A stretch of DNA of 64,000 nucleotides from positions 32,001 to 96,000 of IMG/VR virus record IMGVR_UViG_3300028043_000001, one strand, 5' to 3'. Positions 9,256 through 18,279 of this stretch are shown one piece after another. Under the pieces are notes generated by a model, which was not told the DNA's origin, did not search any database, and saw only the letters and a program-made list of their open reading frames with translations. The stretch comes from a virus. A program made the translations under genes and the position numbers. Position 1 is the stretch's first letter. Each line of letters starts with the position of its first letter.

Positions 9256-11653
9256 CGCTGATACTTTAATCGCGAAGCTTTTAACTCATTGTGCTCCTAA
9301 CTCTATCGTACCCGCCCAGATTCCCACTTCAGAGTTTTCGGGAATTGCTTTCGTAGGGATAGCTCCTGCCAGCCAAGAAATCTTGGAGGGCAAGCCTTTT
9401 GTCGGACCTTCAGGGAAGGTTTTTGATGCTTGTCTAAACGCGGTTGGCATTGACCGCTCAAGATGTTGGGTAGGAAATTTATGTCCCGTACGCCTCTCCC
9501 AAGATAGAGGCCTCTCGCGCTACGAGGTGCAGGTTTTACGAGAGCCCCTAATTGCAGCTCTGAAGAAACTGCAACCGCGCCTAATTGTAACTTTAGGTGC
9601 AGAACCAACACGCGCGTTCTTCATTGAGAGAGACGTGGAAATAATGCTTCTGCGTTCACACATTTTTGAGTCAGAAGATCTTCCTGGTACCTCTATCATG
9701 CCCACAATCCATCCTGCCTACGCCCTGCGCCAAAATCTTGCTTTGGGGGCTTACTTACTAAACGACTTTCTAATTGCAAAGAAGTTTTTAGAGGGTGTAC
9801 CTCGATACAAACCTTGGACTTACGAAGAAATTACCACTATTGCCCAGCTTCAAGAAGTCTTCTGGACCTTTAAAGATCAACTTACAGCCCTCGATTCTGA
9901 AGCCACTAGCGTTAACCCGTTTAAGGCCTCTCCTTTTATGGTGAGTTTTGCCTTCGAGAGTGATCCCAATCATAGTTATGTTATTCATACACCTCACGAA
10001 AATTACGTCCCGCAACTAGGTGCTCCGGAGCTTCTTGATGGTAGGAGTAGTGCAACGCCAATTGAAAAAGTGTTGCCCATCTTAAAGGCACACAATCCCC
10101 GTACAGTAGTCCAGAACATGCTCTACGACTTTGTCCTCCTTTCTAGGTTTGGTTATTCTCCTAACGTTTACGCAGATTCTATGTACGCTTTTTCCTTACT
10201 CGATGAAAACTGCCCTAGAGGCCTCGAGACTTTAGGTAGTTTTTTTGGGGGAATTGCTCCATACTCTATTGATTATAACTCCTGTGACTTAACGATGTGG
10301 AAGCCCTACGCAGCCTGCGATGCCGTAAATGCTTTGAGAGTGTGGCAGTCTTTCGAGCCCCGTTTTATAGAGCCTCATATGAAGTGGCTGTTGTGGGACT
10401 ACATGCTTCCCCTACTCCACGAGTTAGCCCGAATGGCAATTCGAGGTTTGCATATTGACACAACGAAGCTTGCAGAGGTGGGCGCGAAGGTACAAGACGA
10501 TATACGAAAAAAGGTTTCAATGATGCACATGATTGCGGGGTATGAGTTTAATCACCGCTCAGGCGATCAGTTAACACCTGTCTTTGAAAAACTACGTATT
10601 CCCATCCTTGGCAAATCGCGGAAAACAAAGAAACCCTCTTTTCGTAAGGAGTTACTTGAGAGACTTAAAGACCGTTACCCTTTTGTGGAGCTGTTACTAG
10701 AAACCAAGAAGATGGAAAAAATGTATTCGTCTTACATTAAAAATGTCCACCAGTTTCTTGATGATGAGAACTGTGTACACCCCAACTTTGATATCAAGAA
10801 AACAGGACGCCTATCTGCTTCAGAACCCGCAGTACAAACATTGCCGAGAAATTCGGTTATTTTGGAACTATACAGCGCTCGACCCGGCCACGTATTTATA
10901 AAATGTGACTACAGTGCCGCCGAGTTACGTTGGCTAGGCTTTTTGGCGGGTGAGGAAAGGTGGCTTAATCCAGCGGCTGATCTTCATGTTTCTAATGCTT
11001 CCTTCTTTTATCAAGTAGAGCCTGGACAGGTTACTCCAACAATGCGCACGGAGGTTAAGTTTTTGGGGTTTGGTAAGGTCTATGGTTCTAGCGTGGAGAC
11101 TCTTGCGAAGCAGCTGAACTGCAGCATCGCACAAGCCCAGCAACTCGAGGACAAGTTTTTCAAAACCTTCCCCAAAATTAAGGCGTATATGGAGCGGTGC
11201 AAAAAGATCGCTCTAACAGAAGGATGTTTAACCAATTACTTTGGGCTCAGCCGCCGATTCTCATATGACATTATTTTTGGAGGACCTAGTGATGAGGAGA
11301 GGATCGTTAGAGAAGCCTATAATTTTGGACCCCAATCGACTGTTGCGATGTGGACAAACCTTACTCTGGTCAAAATTCAGCAATGGTTTCGCCACCACTT
11401 ACCCGGTTCCCACATAGTTTTACAGATTCACGATGCCATAGTTGCCGAAGTGCCCGTAGAGGAGATCTATGTTGCAATGAAGGCCATGTGGACTATAATG
11501 AGGCGCACAATCGATGTCAAGTCGAAGTTCTTTTTGCCCGTCGATGTTTCTATCGGACCTAACCTTCTACGTCAAGTCAAAGTCATTCCGTTTTATGAGG
11601 AGGATTTCGATGTCGCCTACTCCCAAACTTCTAAAAGTGCTAGAGCAGTTTAA
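9224..11653 (+). CDS. polA: Family A DNA polymerase with N-terminal family-4 UDG-like domain and 3'-5' exonuclease
   Basis: UDG: GIAPA, PFVGPSG, HPAYALR; exo: DSE, NMLYD, YAACD; pol: TGRLS, DYSAAELR, FGKVYG, IHD. Likely start is GTG 9248. Confidence 0.92.
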   Translation: MPCKKEMKVSDADTLIAKLLTHCAPNSIVPAQIPTSEFSGIAFVGIAPASQEILEGKPFVGPSGKVFDACLNAVGIDRSRCWVGNLCPVRLSQDRGLSRYEVQVLREPLIAALKKLQPRLIVTLGAEPTRAFFIERDVEIMLLRSHIFESEDLPGTSIMPTIHPAYALRQNLALGAYLLNDFLIAKKFLEGVPRYKPWTYEEITTIAQLQEVFWTFKDQLTALDSEATSVNPFKASPFMVSFAFESDPNHSYVIHTPHENYVPQLGAPELLDGRSSATPIEKVLPILKAHNPRTVVQNMLYDFVLLSRFGYSPNVYADSMYAFSLLDENCPRGLETLGSFFGGIAPYSIDYNSCDLTMWKPYAACDAVNALRVWQSFEPRFIEPHMKWLLWDYMLPLLHELARMAIRGLHIDTTKLAEVGAKVQDDIRKKVSMMHMIAGYEFNHRSGDQLTPVFEKLRIPILGKSRKTKKPSFRKELLERLKDRYPFVELLLETKKMEKMYSSYIKNVHQFLDDENCVHPNFDIKKTGRLSASEPAVQTLPRNSVILELYSARPGHVFIKCDYSAAELRWLGFLAGEERWLNPAADLHVSNASFFYQVEPGQVTPTMRTEVKFLGFGKVYGSSVETLAKQLNCSIAQAQQLEDKFFKTFPKIKAYMERCKKIALTEGCLTNYFGLSRRFSYDIIFGGPSDEERIVREAYNFGPQSTVAMWTNLTLVKIQQWFRHHLPGSHIVLQIHDAIVAEVPVEEIYVAMKAMWTIMRRTIDVKSKFFLPVDVSIGPNLLRQVKVIPFYEEDFDVAYSQTSKSARAV

Positions 11654-11685
11654 ACCTTGGTGACTCGAACAAATTGAGAGGAAAT

Positions 11686-11958
11686 ATGATAAACCTTCTA
11701 CTAGTCGTGGTACTCCTTCTCAATGGCTGTTCTGGGGTTTGGAGACTAAACGAGAAGCCTATTGTTCTTGAAGATGGCTCCTCAATTACTGTAGTTCGTG
11801 CAACTGCAAAGCAAGTCTTAGGGTTGGGAGGATCTTTAACTGCACTGTATTTATTCCAACACAAGGATGGAGATAGTAAGTTAATCCGAGCCGATTCAAG
11901 CTCTGCGGCTAGTGCTTTAGAAAATCTCAAACTCGTGGCGGGTAAGGCGGCCCCTTAA
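11686..11958 (+). CDS. Putative lipoprotein
   Basis: Hydrophobic signal ending in LLNGC lipobox; GAGG SD before ATG 11686. Confidence 0.6.
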   Translation: MINLLLVVVLLLNGCSGVWRLNEKPIVLEDGSSITVVRATAKQVLGLGGSLTALYLFQHKDGDSKLIRADSSSAASALENLKLVAGKAAP

Positions 11959-11961
11959 AAA

Positions 11962-12240
11962 ATGGCTTGGTTGCGTTTCGGAGAGTGTTGTAGGTGTGGG
12001 CGCTGTTGTTACCTGAAAAATCTTCTTGATTCTCCAGTTCACCAAAAAACTAGTTGCAATGTTAAATCAGATGATGTAAAATGTAAGCATCTACGATTTG
12101 AGAAGGGGCTCGCGATTTGTGAACTTTTTGACTCAACAGAAAGGCCCCTCGCATGTGGCCTTCACCCTAGCAGCCCCGACTCGTTAACCCCTAATTGCGG
12201 GTATTTCTTTATGTGGATTAATCGTTTCGACGATTCCTAA
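11962..12240 (+). CDS. YkgJ/CxxCxxCC-family protein
   Basis: CCRCGRCC...CKHL...CELF...RPLACGLHP. Confidence 0.7.
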   Translation: MAWLRFGECCRCGRCCYLKNLLDSPVHQKTSCNVKSDDVKCKHLRFEKGLAICELFDSTERPLACGLHPSSPDSLTPNCGYFFMWINRFDDS

Positions 12241-12251
12241 AGGAGACTAAA

Positions 12252-12650
12252 ATGTATAGTATTACGCGTGAAGCAACGTTTGAGTATGCCCACCGGCTGC
12301 TCGATCATAAGGGAAAGTGTCGCTACATTCATGGTCATAGTGGGAAGGCGATAGTCACTGTATTTTCTGAGTCTCTAGATAATGAGGGTATGGTCCTTGA
12401 CTTCTCAGTATTGAAGGAGCGTATGAATAGCGTGCTCGATGAGTGGGATCATGCAATCATTCTACAGAAAGACGACCCTCTTGTTCCCCTATTACAAACT
12501 CTCGACCAACGCGTCTTTGTGTTACCAGGTTCTCCTACTGCAGAAAATTTGGCCCACTTTCTATACTTTAAGTTACATACTATGGGCTTGAACGTTGAAA
12601 GCGTAACAATTTATGAAACAGAAAAAAATTGTGCAACAATGAGGTTTTAG
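12252..12650 (+). CDS. queD: 6-carboxy-5,6,7,8-tetrahydropterin synthase
   Basis: AHRL, CRYIHGHS, DH, PTAENLA, YET motifs. Confidence 0.93.
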   Translation: MYSITREATFEYAHRLLDHKGKCRYIHGHSGKAIVTVFSESLDNEGMVLDFSVLKERMNSVLDEWDHAIILQKDDPLVPLLQTLDQRVFVLPGSPTAENLAHFLYFKLHTMGLNVESVTIYETEKNCATMRF

Positions 12651-12651
12651 T

Positions 12652-12975
12652 ATGGACTTCAATACGTTTGATCGGCTGCTACCAATTTTGAGGCAGCAGG
12701 CAATGGTTAACGGCAGCGTTTTTCTTTTGGTGTCCCTTTTGTTTGCGGTTGTAGGTGTGGGGGGTGTTTACGTCTTACGAGCATTCTTTCAATCGAAAAA
12801 CAAAAAGGAGGACAACTGGTTTGCCTTTTCGGGCACGGCCCTAATACTTGTAGGTATTGCAGGCTTTTTAGTTTTTTTAAGTTTGGGGTTGCCGAGGCTC
12901 TTGAATCCCACCTTCTACGGCTTAGAGCAGTACTTTGACTTCTTGAAGGCTGCAAAAGGAGTATATCAGCCATAA
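12652..12975 (+). CDS. Two-TM membrane protein
   Basis: Two hydrophobic helices. Confidence 0.55.
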   Translation: MDFNTFDRLLPILRQQAMVNGSVFLLVSLLFAVVGVGGVYVLRAFFQSKNKKEDNWFAFSGTALILVGIAGFLVFLSLGLPRLLNPTFYGLEQYFDFLKAAKGVYQP

Positions 12976-13395
12976 ATGGCAAAAGTAAGGTCGAATATTC
13001 GCTCTAATAAGGCTGCAGGCAGAGAACTACAAAATTGGACTTGTAAACAATTTTCGGGCGCTCTCGAGACACCTTGGGGTACTGCTGACGACCTCGAAAT
13101 TCGTCCGCGCCCGGGAGGCCAGGGGGGAGTTGATATTATCTTTTCAGTAAGGCTGAAAGCCTTACTATCAAGGTTAGGCATCCCACACTCGGTTGAGTGT
13201 AAGAACCACAAAACATGGAACGTGCAAAAGGCCATCATCCAGGCTAGAAACAATAGCTCGACTGGGAAAGACTGGGCGTTGATAATGAAACGGCGTTCTC
13301 AGCAAAAAGCCGAGAAAATTGAACCCGTTATAGTTATGGACGCGTCAGTATTTTTTGAGTTGCTGGGGAGTTTGCATGGCAAAAGTAAAAACTAA
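12976..13395 (+). CDS. PD-(D/E)xK Holliday junction resolvase-like nuclease
   Basis: KAAGRELQ...GVDI...VECKN. Confidence 0.75.
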   Translation: MAKVRSNIRSNKAAGRELQNWTCKQFSGALETPWGTADDLEIRPRPGGQGGVDIIFSVRLKALLSRLGIPHSVECKNHKTWNVQKAIIQARNNSSTGKDWALIMKRRSQQKAEKIEPVIVMDASVFFELLGSLHGKSKN

Positions 13396-13858
13396 AAAGG
13401 CGCCTCGTGTAGCTGTTAGTGCTGCTGAGCTGGATTTCGATAAGTTGTTTGAGGTAGCGCTAGCGCCTCCCCCAAAGAGAGAGAAAAAGGCTCGTGGGAA
13501 AGCAAAACAAACTCCTGCTGCCCCTAAAAAGATTGATGGTGAAAAACGCGATTTAATTAAACGCATAAAGAAAATTTACCGCGATAACGAGTTTCCGAGT
13601 GTTACAGATTTGACCAGCTTTACTCCAGAGCAGCTACGTAATCATCTAAACCGCCTGCAATGGGGTCTTATTGAGTGGATGACCCGCAAGGGGATTGTAC
13701 CCGATCCTCCTGACGAGTATCCTGTTAAAGGGTTTCGTTGCGAGACCTCTTTCCATAGAGTCTGGACAAACTCTTCAATCTGCCAGTCACGCACTTATTA
13801 CCCCTCGCTATATCCTGCCTGCGGGCGATGCATAAAATGGGAGGAGGAACGTGGTTAA
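13376..13858 (+). CDS. Hypothetical basic protein
   Basis: Lys-rich N-terminus; GGAG SD before ATG 13376. Confidence 0.5.
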   Translation: MAKVKTKKAPRVAVSAAELDFDKLFEVALAPPPKREKKARGKAKQTPAAPKKIDGEKRDLIKRIKKIYRDNEFPSVTDLTSFTPEQLRNHLNRLQWGLIEWMTRKGIVPDPPDEYPVKGFRCETSFHRVWTNSSICQSRTYYPSLYPACGRCIKWEEERG

Positions 13859-14099
13859 AGTGATACCGATTCCCCCGATGTTTTCGTTGGAGATGCCTAG
13901 CCTTAACCTTGTCCACAATCTATCTCCCTTCTCTACCATAAAACCCAAAAAGATTTCAACCGAGCCATTCCCGGTCGATTCTTCAATGATCTGGATTGCT
14001 TTAATCAAGGATTTGTGTGGCTTGTTTTTAAAGGAAGATCTATTTTTACATCAAAAGTGTCCAACGTGTGGGAGGGAATTTGATGAAAGAGAAATTTGA
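13851..14099 (+). CDS. Hypothetical protein
   Basis: GGAGG SD, overlapped stop/start, C-terminal CPTC. Confidence 0.45.
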   Translation: MVKVIPIPPMFSLEMPSLNLVHNLSPFSTIKPKKISTEPFPVDSSMIWIALIKDLCGLFLKEDLFLHQKCPTCGREFDEREI

Positions 14100-14451
14100 G
14101 CGCCAAGCCAATGATCTATCCCCCAATCTCTTGCCGGACTCTTTCAGTGTGTTCACAAGGGTGAGCTTGCGTGTGATGTTCGACTTACTAACCGAGGTTT
14201 CCGGCAAATTACCTGGGGACTCCTTGATGCTCGATCTCTTAGCTCGATTTGAGATAGCCTTTAGGAGGATATTTCCTAACGCTGAGCCTCCGCGTCTCGA
14301 ATCTTTTAAAGCGTCGCTGTGGCGGATGCTTATAGAAGCTCATTATGTGGCTCCCCTTGATAATCCAGCTGACCTTCAAAAGAAGCTCCACACCAAAGAA
14401 GGTCCAATTTTTTATGGCACAGTTTCACCCAGGAGGAGGCCAAAACGATGA
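14083..14451 (+). CDS. Hypothetical protein
   Basis: GGAGG SD; coupled to neighbours. Confidence 0.5.
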   Translation: MKEKFERQANDLSPNLLPDSFSVFTRVSLRVMFDLLTEVSGKLPGDSLMLDLLARFEIAFRRIFPNAEPPRLESFKASLWRMLIEAHYVAPLDNPADLQKKLHTKEGPIFYGTVSPRRRPKR

Positions 14452-14678
14452 TTTTTTCGCGTGATGATATTGTTGCAGCTCTCGACCTTGTTGACGACCT
14501 CGAGGAGCTTTGTGCAGATCTGATTGAGACAGCATCTATGGTAACTCATACTGGCGACGTCACAGAGCTAGAAGTTCTTCTCGAAGAGTTGGGTGAATTT
14601 ATTGAGTCAAGTAGCTGGGGAGACCGAAAAGTCTGGAAAGATTTTTTTAGTCTCAGTGATGAAGAGGAGAGCGAGTGA
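14448..14678 (+). CDS. Small highly acidic protein
   Basis: 23 D/E versus 4 K/R in 76 aa; AGGAGG SD. Confidence 0.6.
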   Translation: MIFSRDDIVAALDLVDDLEELCADLIETASMVTHTGDVTELEVLLEELGEFIESSSWGDRKVWKDFFSLSDEEESE

Positions 14679-15487
14679 AAACATGCAAACTCCTTGTTGG
14701 TGGACTTTGCGTAGGAGACACGTTTCATTTTACGTCTCTTCTCAACCGTTTAATGGACAACGAGGGTGTCACCCAATTTATCTGGATGACTGGAACCTTC
14801 GCGCGACAGGCAGTCGAGTTTATGGGACGCTGTTTTCCTATTGAGCCCATTTTCCTTTTTGATACGGACAAACCTTTAAACATTAACAATATTGTTGAGT
14901 TTAAGGAAGTTCGTAAAAAAGAGTTCGAAGCGATCGAAGCTGACTTAAGCATCGACGACCAGAATCTCGGTTTTAACTTTAGCGGCGTGGAGTATGATTC
15001 TCCCGAGCTGCGTTTTCGCAATCTTGAGCAGTTCTACGATCCTAGTGAGCCCCAGTGCTTGATTGTCCACCCTCAATCACGCAACAATTGGAAAAATGTT
15101 AGTGCCCTCCTGAAAATTGATTGGCCCATGTTCGGTCTACCAGTATACACCGCGGGCGCTCCGGATGAGGTGCTAATCCCCAATACAATTGATTTTCGAG
15201 GTAAGACTTTTGTAGAACTGGCTCCCAAAGTTTTGGCTGCTGCTGTGGTAGTCAGCATACACTCTGCGGTTGCGTGTTTTACCTTTTATACTCCCACTAA
15301 CCTCGTAACTTGTCATCCTGGTGAAGGGGATTACTTGACTTTTAGCCATTTTAAATCAAACGCTCTAGACATCCTAACTCCTCCTGGCGAAGATATAAAG
15401 AAGCCAAATTCAGTGAAGATCGTTGAGGCTATAGAGTACTTTCTTAACAACCAGGGTAGCCAAAATGTGCCATCAATCGGTTCGTGA
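14675..15487 (+). CDS. GT9 (heptosyltransferase-like) glycosyltransferase
   Basis: VGD, IVHPQS...WKN, DFRGKT..EL, VSIHSA pattern of GT-B family 9. Confidence 0.6.
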   Translation: MKTCKLLVGGLCVGDTFHFTSLLNRLMDNEGVTQFIWMTGTFARQAVEFMGRCFPIEPIFLFDTDKPLNINNIVEFKEVRKKEFEAIEADLSIDDQNLGFNFSGVEYDSPELRFRNLEQFYDPSEPQCLIVHPQSRNNWKNVSALLKIDWPMFGLPVYTAGAPDEVLIPNTIDFRGKTFVELAPKVLAAAVVVSIHSAVACFTFYTPTNLVTCHPGEGDYLTFSHFKSNALDILTPPGEDIKKPNSVKIVEAIEYFLNNQGSQNVPSIGS

Positions 15488-16028
15488 CTTTGGTGACCGC
15501 ATCCTAACTTGGGAAAGGGTTGCAGGTAAGACAATTCTTGAGGTGGGCTCACTAGATATAAACGGTAGTTTACGAGAGTTTTGTTTGCAGCGAGGCTGCA
15601 AGTCCTATCTAGGAGTTGATTTAGAAGAGGGTCCAGGAGTTGATAAGATCGTAGATGCTATTACCTTAGTTGATGAGTTTGGCTTTTGTGCGTTCGATAT
15701 TGTGATTGCTACTGAGCTCATCGAGCACACTCAAAATTGGCAAGCCGTGATTAATAACATTAAAAACGTTTGTAAAGAGGGCGGTTTTATTCTAGTTACA
15801 ACCCGCTCTCCTGGATTTCCACTACACCACCCCCCAGACTGTTGGCGGTTTACCGCTGATGAGTTCTTCAACATTTTCTCAGATTTGGACATTAAAATAC
15901 TCGCGCAAGATGAGCAAGTTCCTGGCGTGTTTATTTTTGCGGAAAAGCCTAACAACTTTCTTAATACAGATCTCAGCAATATCCATCCTTTAAAAGTCGA
16001 GGACCAGGAGGAACAAAATGAACCTTAG
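15465..16028 (+). CDS. Class I SAM-dependent methyltransferase
   Basis: LEVGS, GVD, FDIVIATELIEH, DCWRF. Confidence 0.82.
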   Translation: MCHQSVRDFGDRILTWERVAGKTILEVGSLDINGSLREFCLQRGCKSYLGVDLEEGPGVDKIVDAITLVDEFGFCAFDIVIATELIEHTQNWQAVINNIKNVCKEGGFILVTTRSPGFPLHHPPDCWRFTADEFFNIFSDLDIKILAQDEQVPGVFIFAEKPNNFLNTDLSNIHPLKVEDQEEQNEP

Positions 16029-16860
16029 TGGCCTGCGAGTTTCTAAAAAGGACGACAGGGATTTCTCTCCGGAGACTCCTGAAGTTGAGTCAATTTTGTG
16101 GAGCAAGGTTGCTCCGCTTGCACTCGAGAAGTCTGCCAGCCTCGAGGAATGGTTTTCACCTCTAGAGGACCAAGAACAACTTGGTGCGTGCACGGCACAT
16201 GCTGTCGTGGCACTGTTTGAGTACTACGATCGCCGCGCTTTTAATAATCAGTACAGCGATCTTTCCCGCCTATTCCTTTACAAAGTCACTCGTAATCTAT
16301 TAGGCCTGACCGGCGACTCCGGCGCTGATCTACGTTCTGCGATGCGCGCTACACATCGGATCGGAATCTGCCCAGAGAAATATTATCCATACAACATTGA
16401 AAAGTTTGACTGGGAACCTGATTCTTTTCACTACGCGCTCGCTAGGAATCATCGCGCTACCCACTACGTTCGCCTCGACAAAGATCAGAACGTGGAGGCA
16501 ACCCTAACAAGGGTGAAAGCCTTCATTCGTGCAGGGCTACCAAGCTGTTTCGGTTTTTTGTGTTATGAATCTCTGGATGATGTTGGCTCAAGTGGCAATG
16601 TGCCTTTCCCCGGTGAGAGTGAACAAATTGTTGGAGGCCACGCAATCGTCGCTGCAGGATACGACGACGAGAGAGTAATTACTCACCCATCGACTGGTGA
16701 TCAAACTGTTGGCGCGATAAAGTTCCCCAACTCGTGGGGTACTGAATGGGGTAGCGAAGGTTGGGGTTGGTTACCCTACTCCTACATTTTAAAGAATCGT
16801 GCCTTCGATTTTTGGGTTCTCCTGAGAACCGACGCAGTGAGGTTTTTAGAATGGGATTAG
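16018..16860 (+). CDS. Papain-like C1 cysteine peptidase
   Basis: DQEQLGACT (Q/C), GGHA (H), NSWG (N). Confidence 0.92.
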   Translation: MNLSGLRVSKKDDRDFSPETPEVESILWSKVAPLALEKSASLEEWFSPLEDQEQLGACTAHAVVALFEYYDRRAFNNQYSDLSRLFLYKVTRNLLGLTGDSGADLRSAMRATHRIGICPEKYYPYNIEKFDWEPDSFHYALARNHRATHYVRLDKDQNVEATLTRVKAFIRAGLPSCFGFLCYESLDDVGSSGNVPFPGESEQIVGGHAIVAAGYDDERVITHPSTGDQTVGAIKFPNSWGTEWGSEGWGWLPYSYILKNRAFDFWVLLRTDAVRFLEWD

Positions 16861-17063
16861 GAGAGAACTTTAAGGACTTTATCGTTTGTTGTCATCTCAA
16901 GGACTGCAAGTACAACGATGGCCTGGGTTGCTGTACCCTTGAAGGCGTCCAGGCTTCTCAATGTACAGTTCAGGGACGAAACCGTTATACAAGAGTACTT
17001 CATCCAAAAGAGCAAAACCCCAAAACAAAAGTAAGTTTTTTACCTAAAAGGGAAAGGAGGTGA
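16851..17063 (+). CDS. Small Cys-rich protein
   Basis: CHLKDCKYN...CC; GAGG SD before ATG 16851. Confidence 0.4.
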   Translation: MGLGENFKDFIVCCHLKDCKYNDGLGCCTLEGVQASQCTVQGRNRYTRVLHPKEQNPKTKVSFLPKRERR

Positions 17064-17488
17064 CAAGACAAATGGCTAAGAGAGTTTTCACATGGATCGT
17101 TCTCCTAACTTTCTGCGCAACCTCAACTTTCTCGTGCAGCCCAAAATTTGCGGACAAGTGGGATAACTTCATTCGGATTGCTTGCGACAGATATGAAGAG
17201 TTCCACCCAAAAATTGAGAATGGGTTGAACACGTTGCAGGATGTTCTCAATTTGATCGTGAGTGGTTGGCCTGAAAGCGCCACTGAGGTAGCCGGCTTTA
17301 TTTTAGCGGCGCAGATTGTAATTGCGGGTCTCACAAAGGTTTTGTCTTTTATTGCCAAAACCTGTCCGGAGAAGGCTGACGTTGAGGCGACCGAAAAAAT
17401 TTGTAGGCAGGTTCTAGTGAGTCCTGTTGTCCAAATGGCGATGAAACAGGCTAAAATTAACATTGCTAGGAAAGCCACAAAGAAATAA
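17060..17488 (+). CDS. Putative exported/membrane protein
   Basis: N-terminal hydrophobic signal; AGGAGG SD. Confidence 0.5.
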   Translation: MTRQMAKRVFTWIVLLTFCATSTFSCSPKFADKWDNFIRIACDRYEEFHPKIENGLNTLQDVLNLIVSGWPESATEVAGFILAAQIVIAGLTKVLSFIAKTCPEKADVEATEKICRQVLVSPVVQMAMKQAKINIARKATKK

Positions 17489-17508
17489 ACAACACTAGGA
17501 GAAATGGT

Positions 17509-18207
17509 ATGAAAAAAGTTTTACTTGCTACACTACTCATCTGCTTTTTAGCCGCACCAGTGAGTGCCGGCGTTTGGATTGGGGGTCATTTTGGTCCGAA
17601 CTGGACGGGGGATTCGGATGTTAACTTTAAAGCACCCCCCTTAAAGGGGACTTTGAATGGTGTCACCACTAATGCTGGCTATCTTGCGGGGTTGATAGTT
17701 GGCTATGACTTCGATCAACGCCACGGATTTCCTGCATGGACTGAGTACTTTGGAGTTGCCCTTGATTTCTCGTACAACCCCTTCAATCAATCTGCCCAGA
17801 TTGTTGGAGGTACGTTTATTCCGCCCTTCATTAATGCTGCACAATTACCACAGATCGAAGGGTACCAGGTAGCCCTGTCATTTTTGTTGAAGGGGCAATA
17901 CCCGTGTTTAAAGAGCGCTGCATTTCCCAAGGGCAGACTTTTCCCTTATCTTATGGTTGGTCCGGCTGTTGTGTGGACTACCTCTTTTGCTAACACGATT
18001 GCTTCACAGTCGTCCACCAATGTTGGAATCGTGACTGAGGTAGGGCTGCAGTACTTCATTGTTCCTAATCTCGCTGCAAGTGCTGGGTTTCGTTACCGCC
18101 ATGTTTGGGGGCCAACTTTTGATTTCAGGCGCGACATTAATTATGTTCACGCCAACACATCTACTGACCAATACACCGTGCTCCTGAGGCTGTCGTACCA
18201 CTTTTAA
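17509..18207 (+). CDS. Outer-membrane beta-barrel protein (OmpA-TM/Ail/Lom-like)
   Basis: Signal peptide, amphipathic strands, PYLMVG, terminal LSYHF Bam signal. Confidence 0.82.
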   Translation: MKKVLLATLLICFLAAPVSAGVWIGGHFGPNWTGDSDVNFKAPPLKGTLNGVTTNAGYLAGLIVGYDFDQRHGFPAWTEYFGVALDFSYNPFNQSAQIVGGTFIPPFINAAQLPQIEGYQVALSFLLKGQYPCLKSAAFPKGRLFPYLMVGPAVVWTTSFANTIASQSSTNVGIVTEVGLQYFIVPNLAASAGFRYRHVWGPTFDFRRDINYVHANTSTDQYTVLLRLSYHF

Positions 18208-18214
18208 GGTGGGT

Positions 18215-18254
18215 ATTTGGGACACAGTATTCACTGTGTCCCAAATGTTTTTTT
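18215..18254 (+). terminator. Rho-independent terminator
   Basis: 14-bp stem ATTTGGGACACAGT-attc-ACTGTGTCCCAAAT followed by a T7 tract. Confidence 0.88.
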
Positions 18255-18279
18255 GTTGTTGGGAAGCTGGAGAGGTGAA

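Noticed and set aside
18217-18279. Track start of the SbcD-like ORF (similarly 42489 for portal and 20915 for FolE2)
   Set aside because: The extensions overlap a terminator or neighbouring genes; downstream ATGs have SD-like sequences
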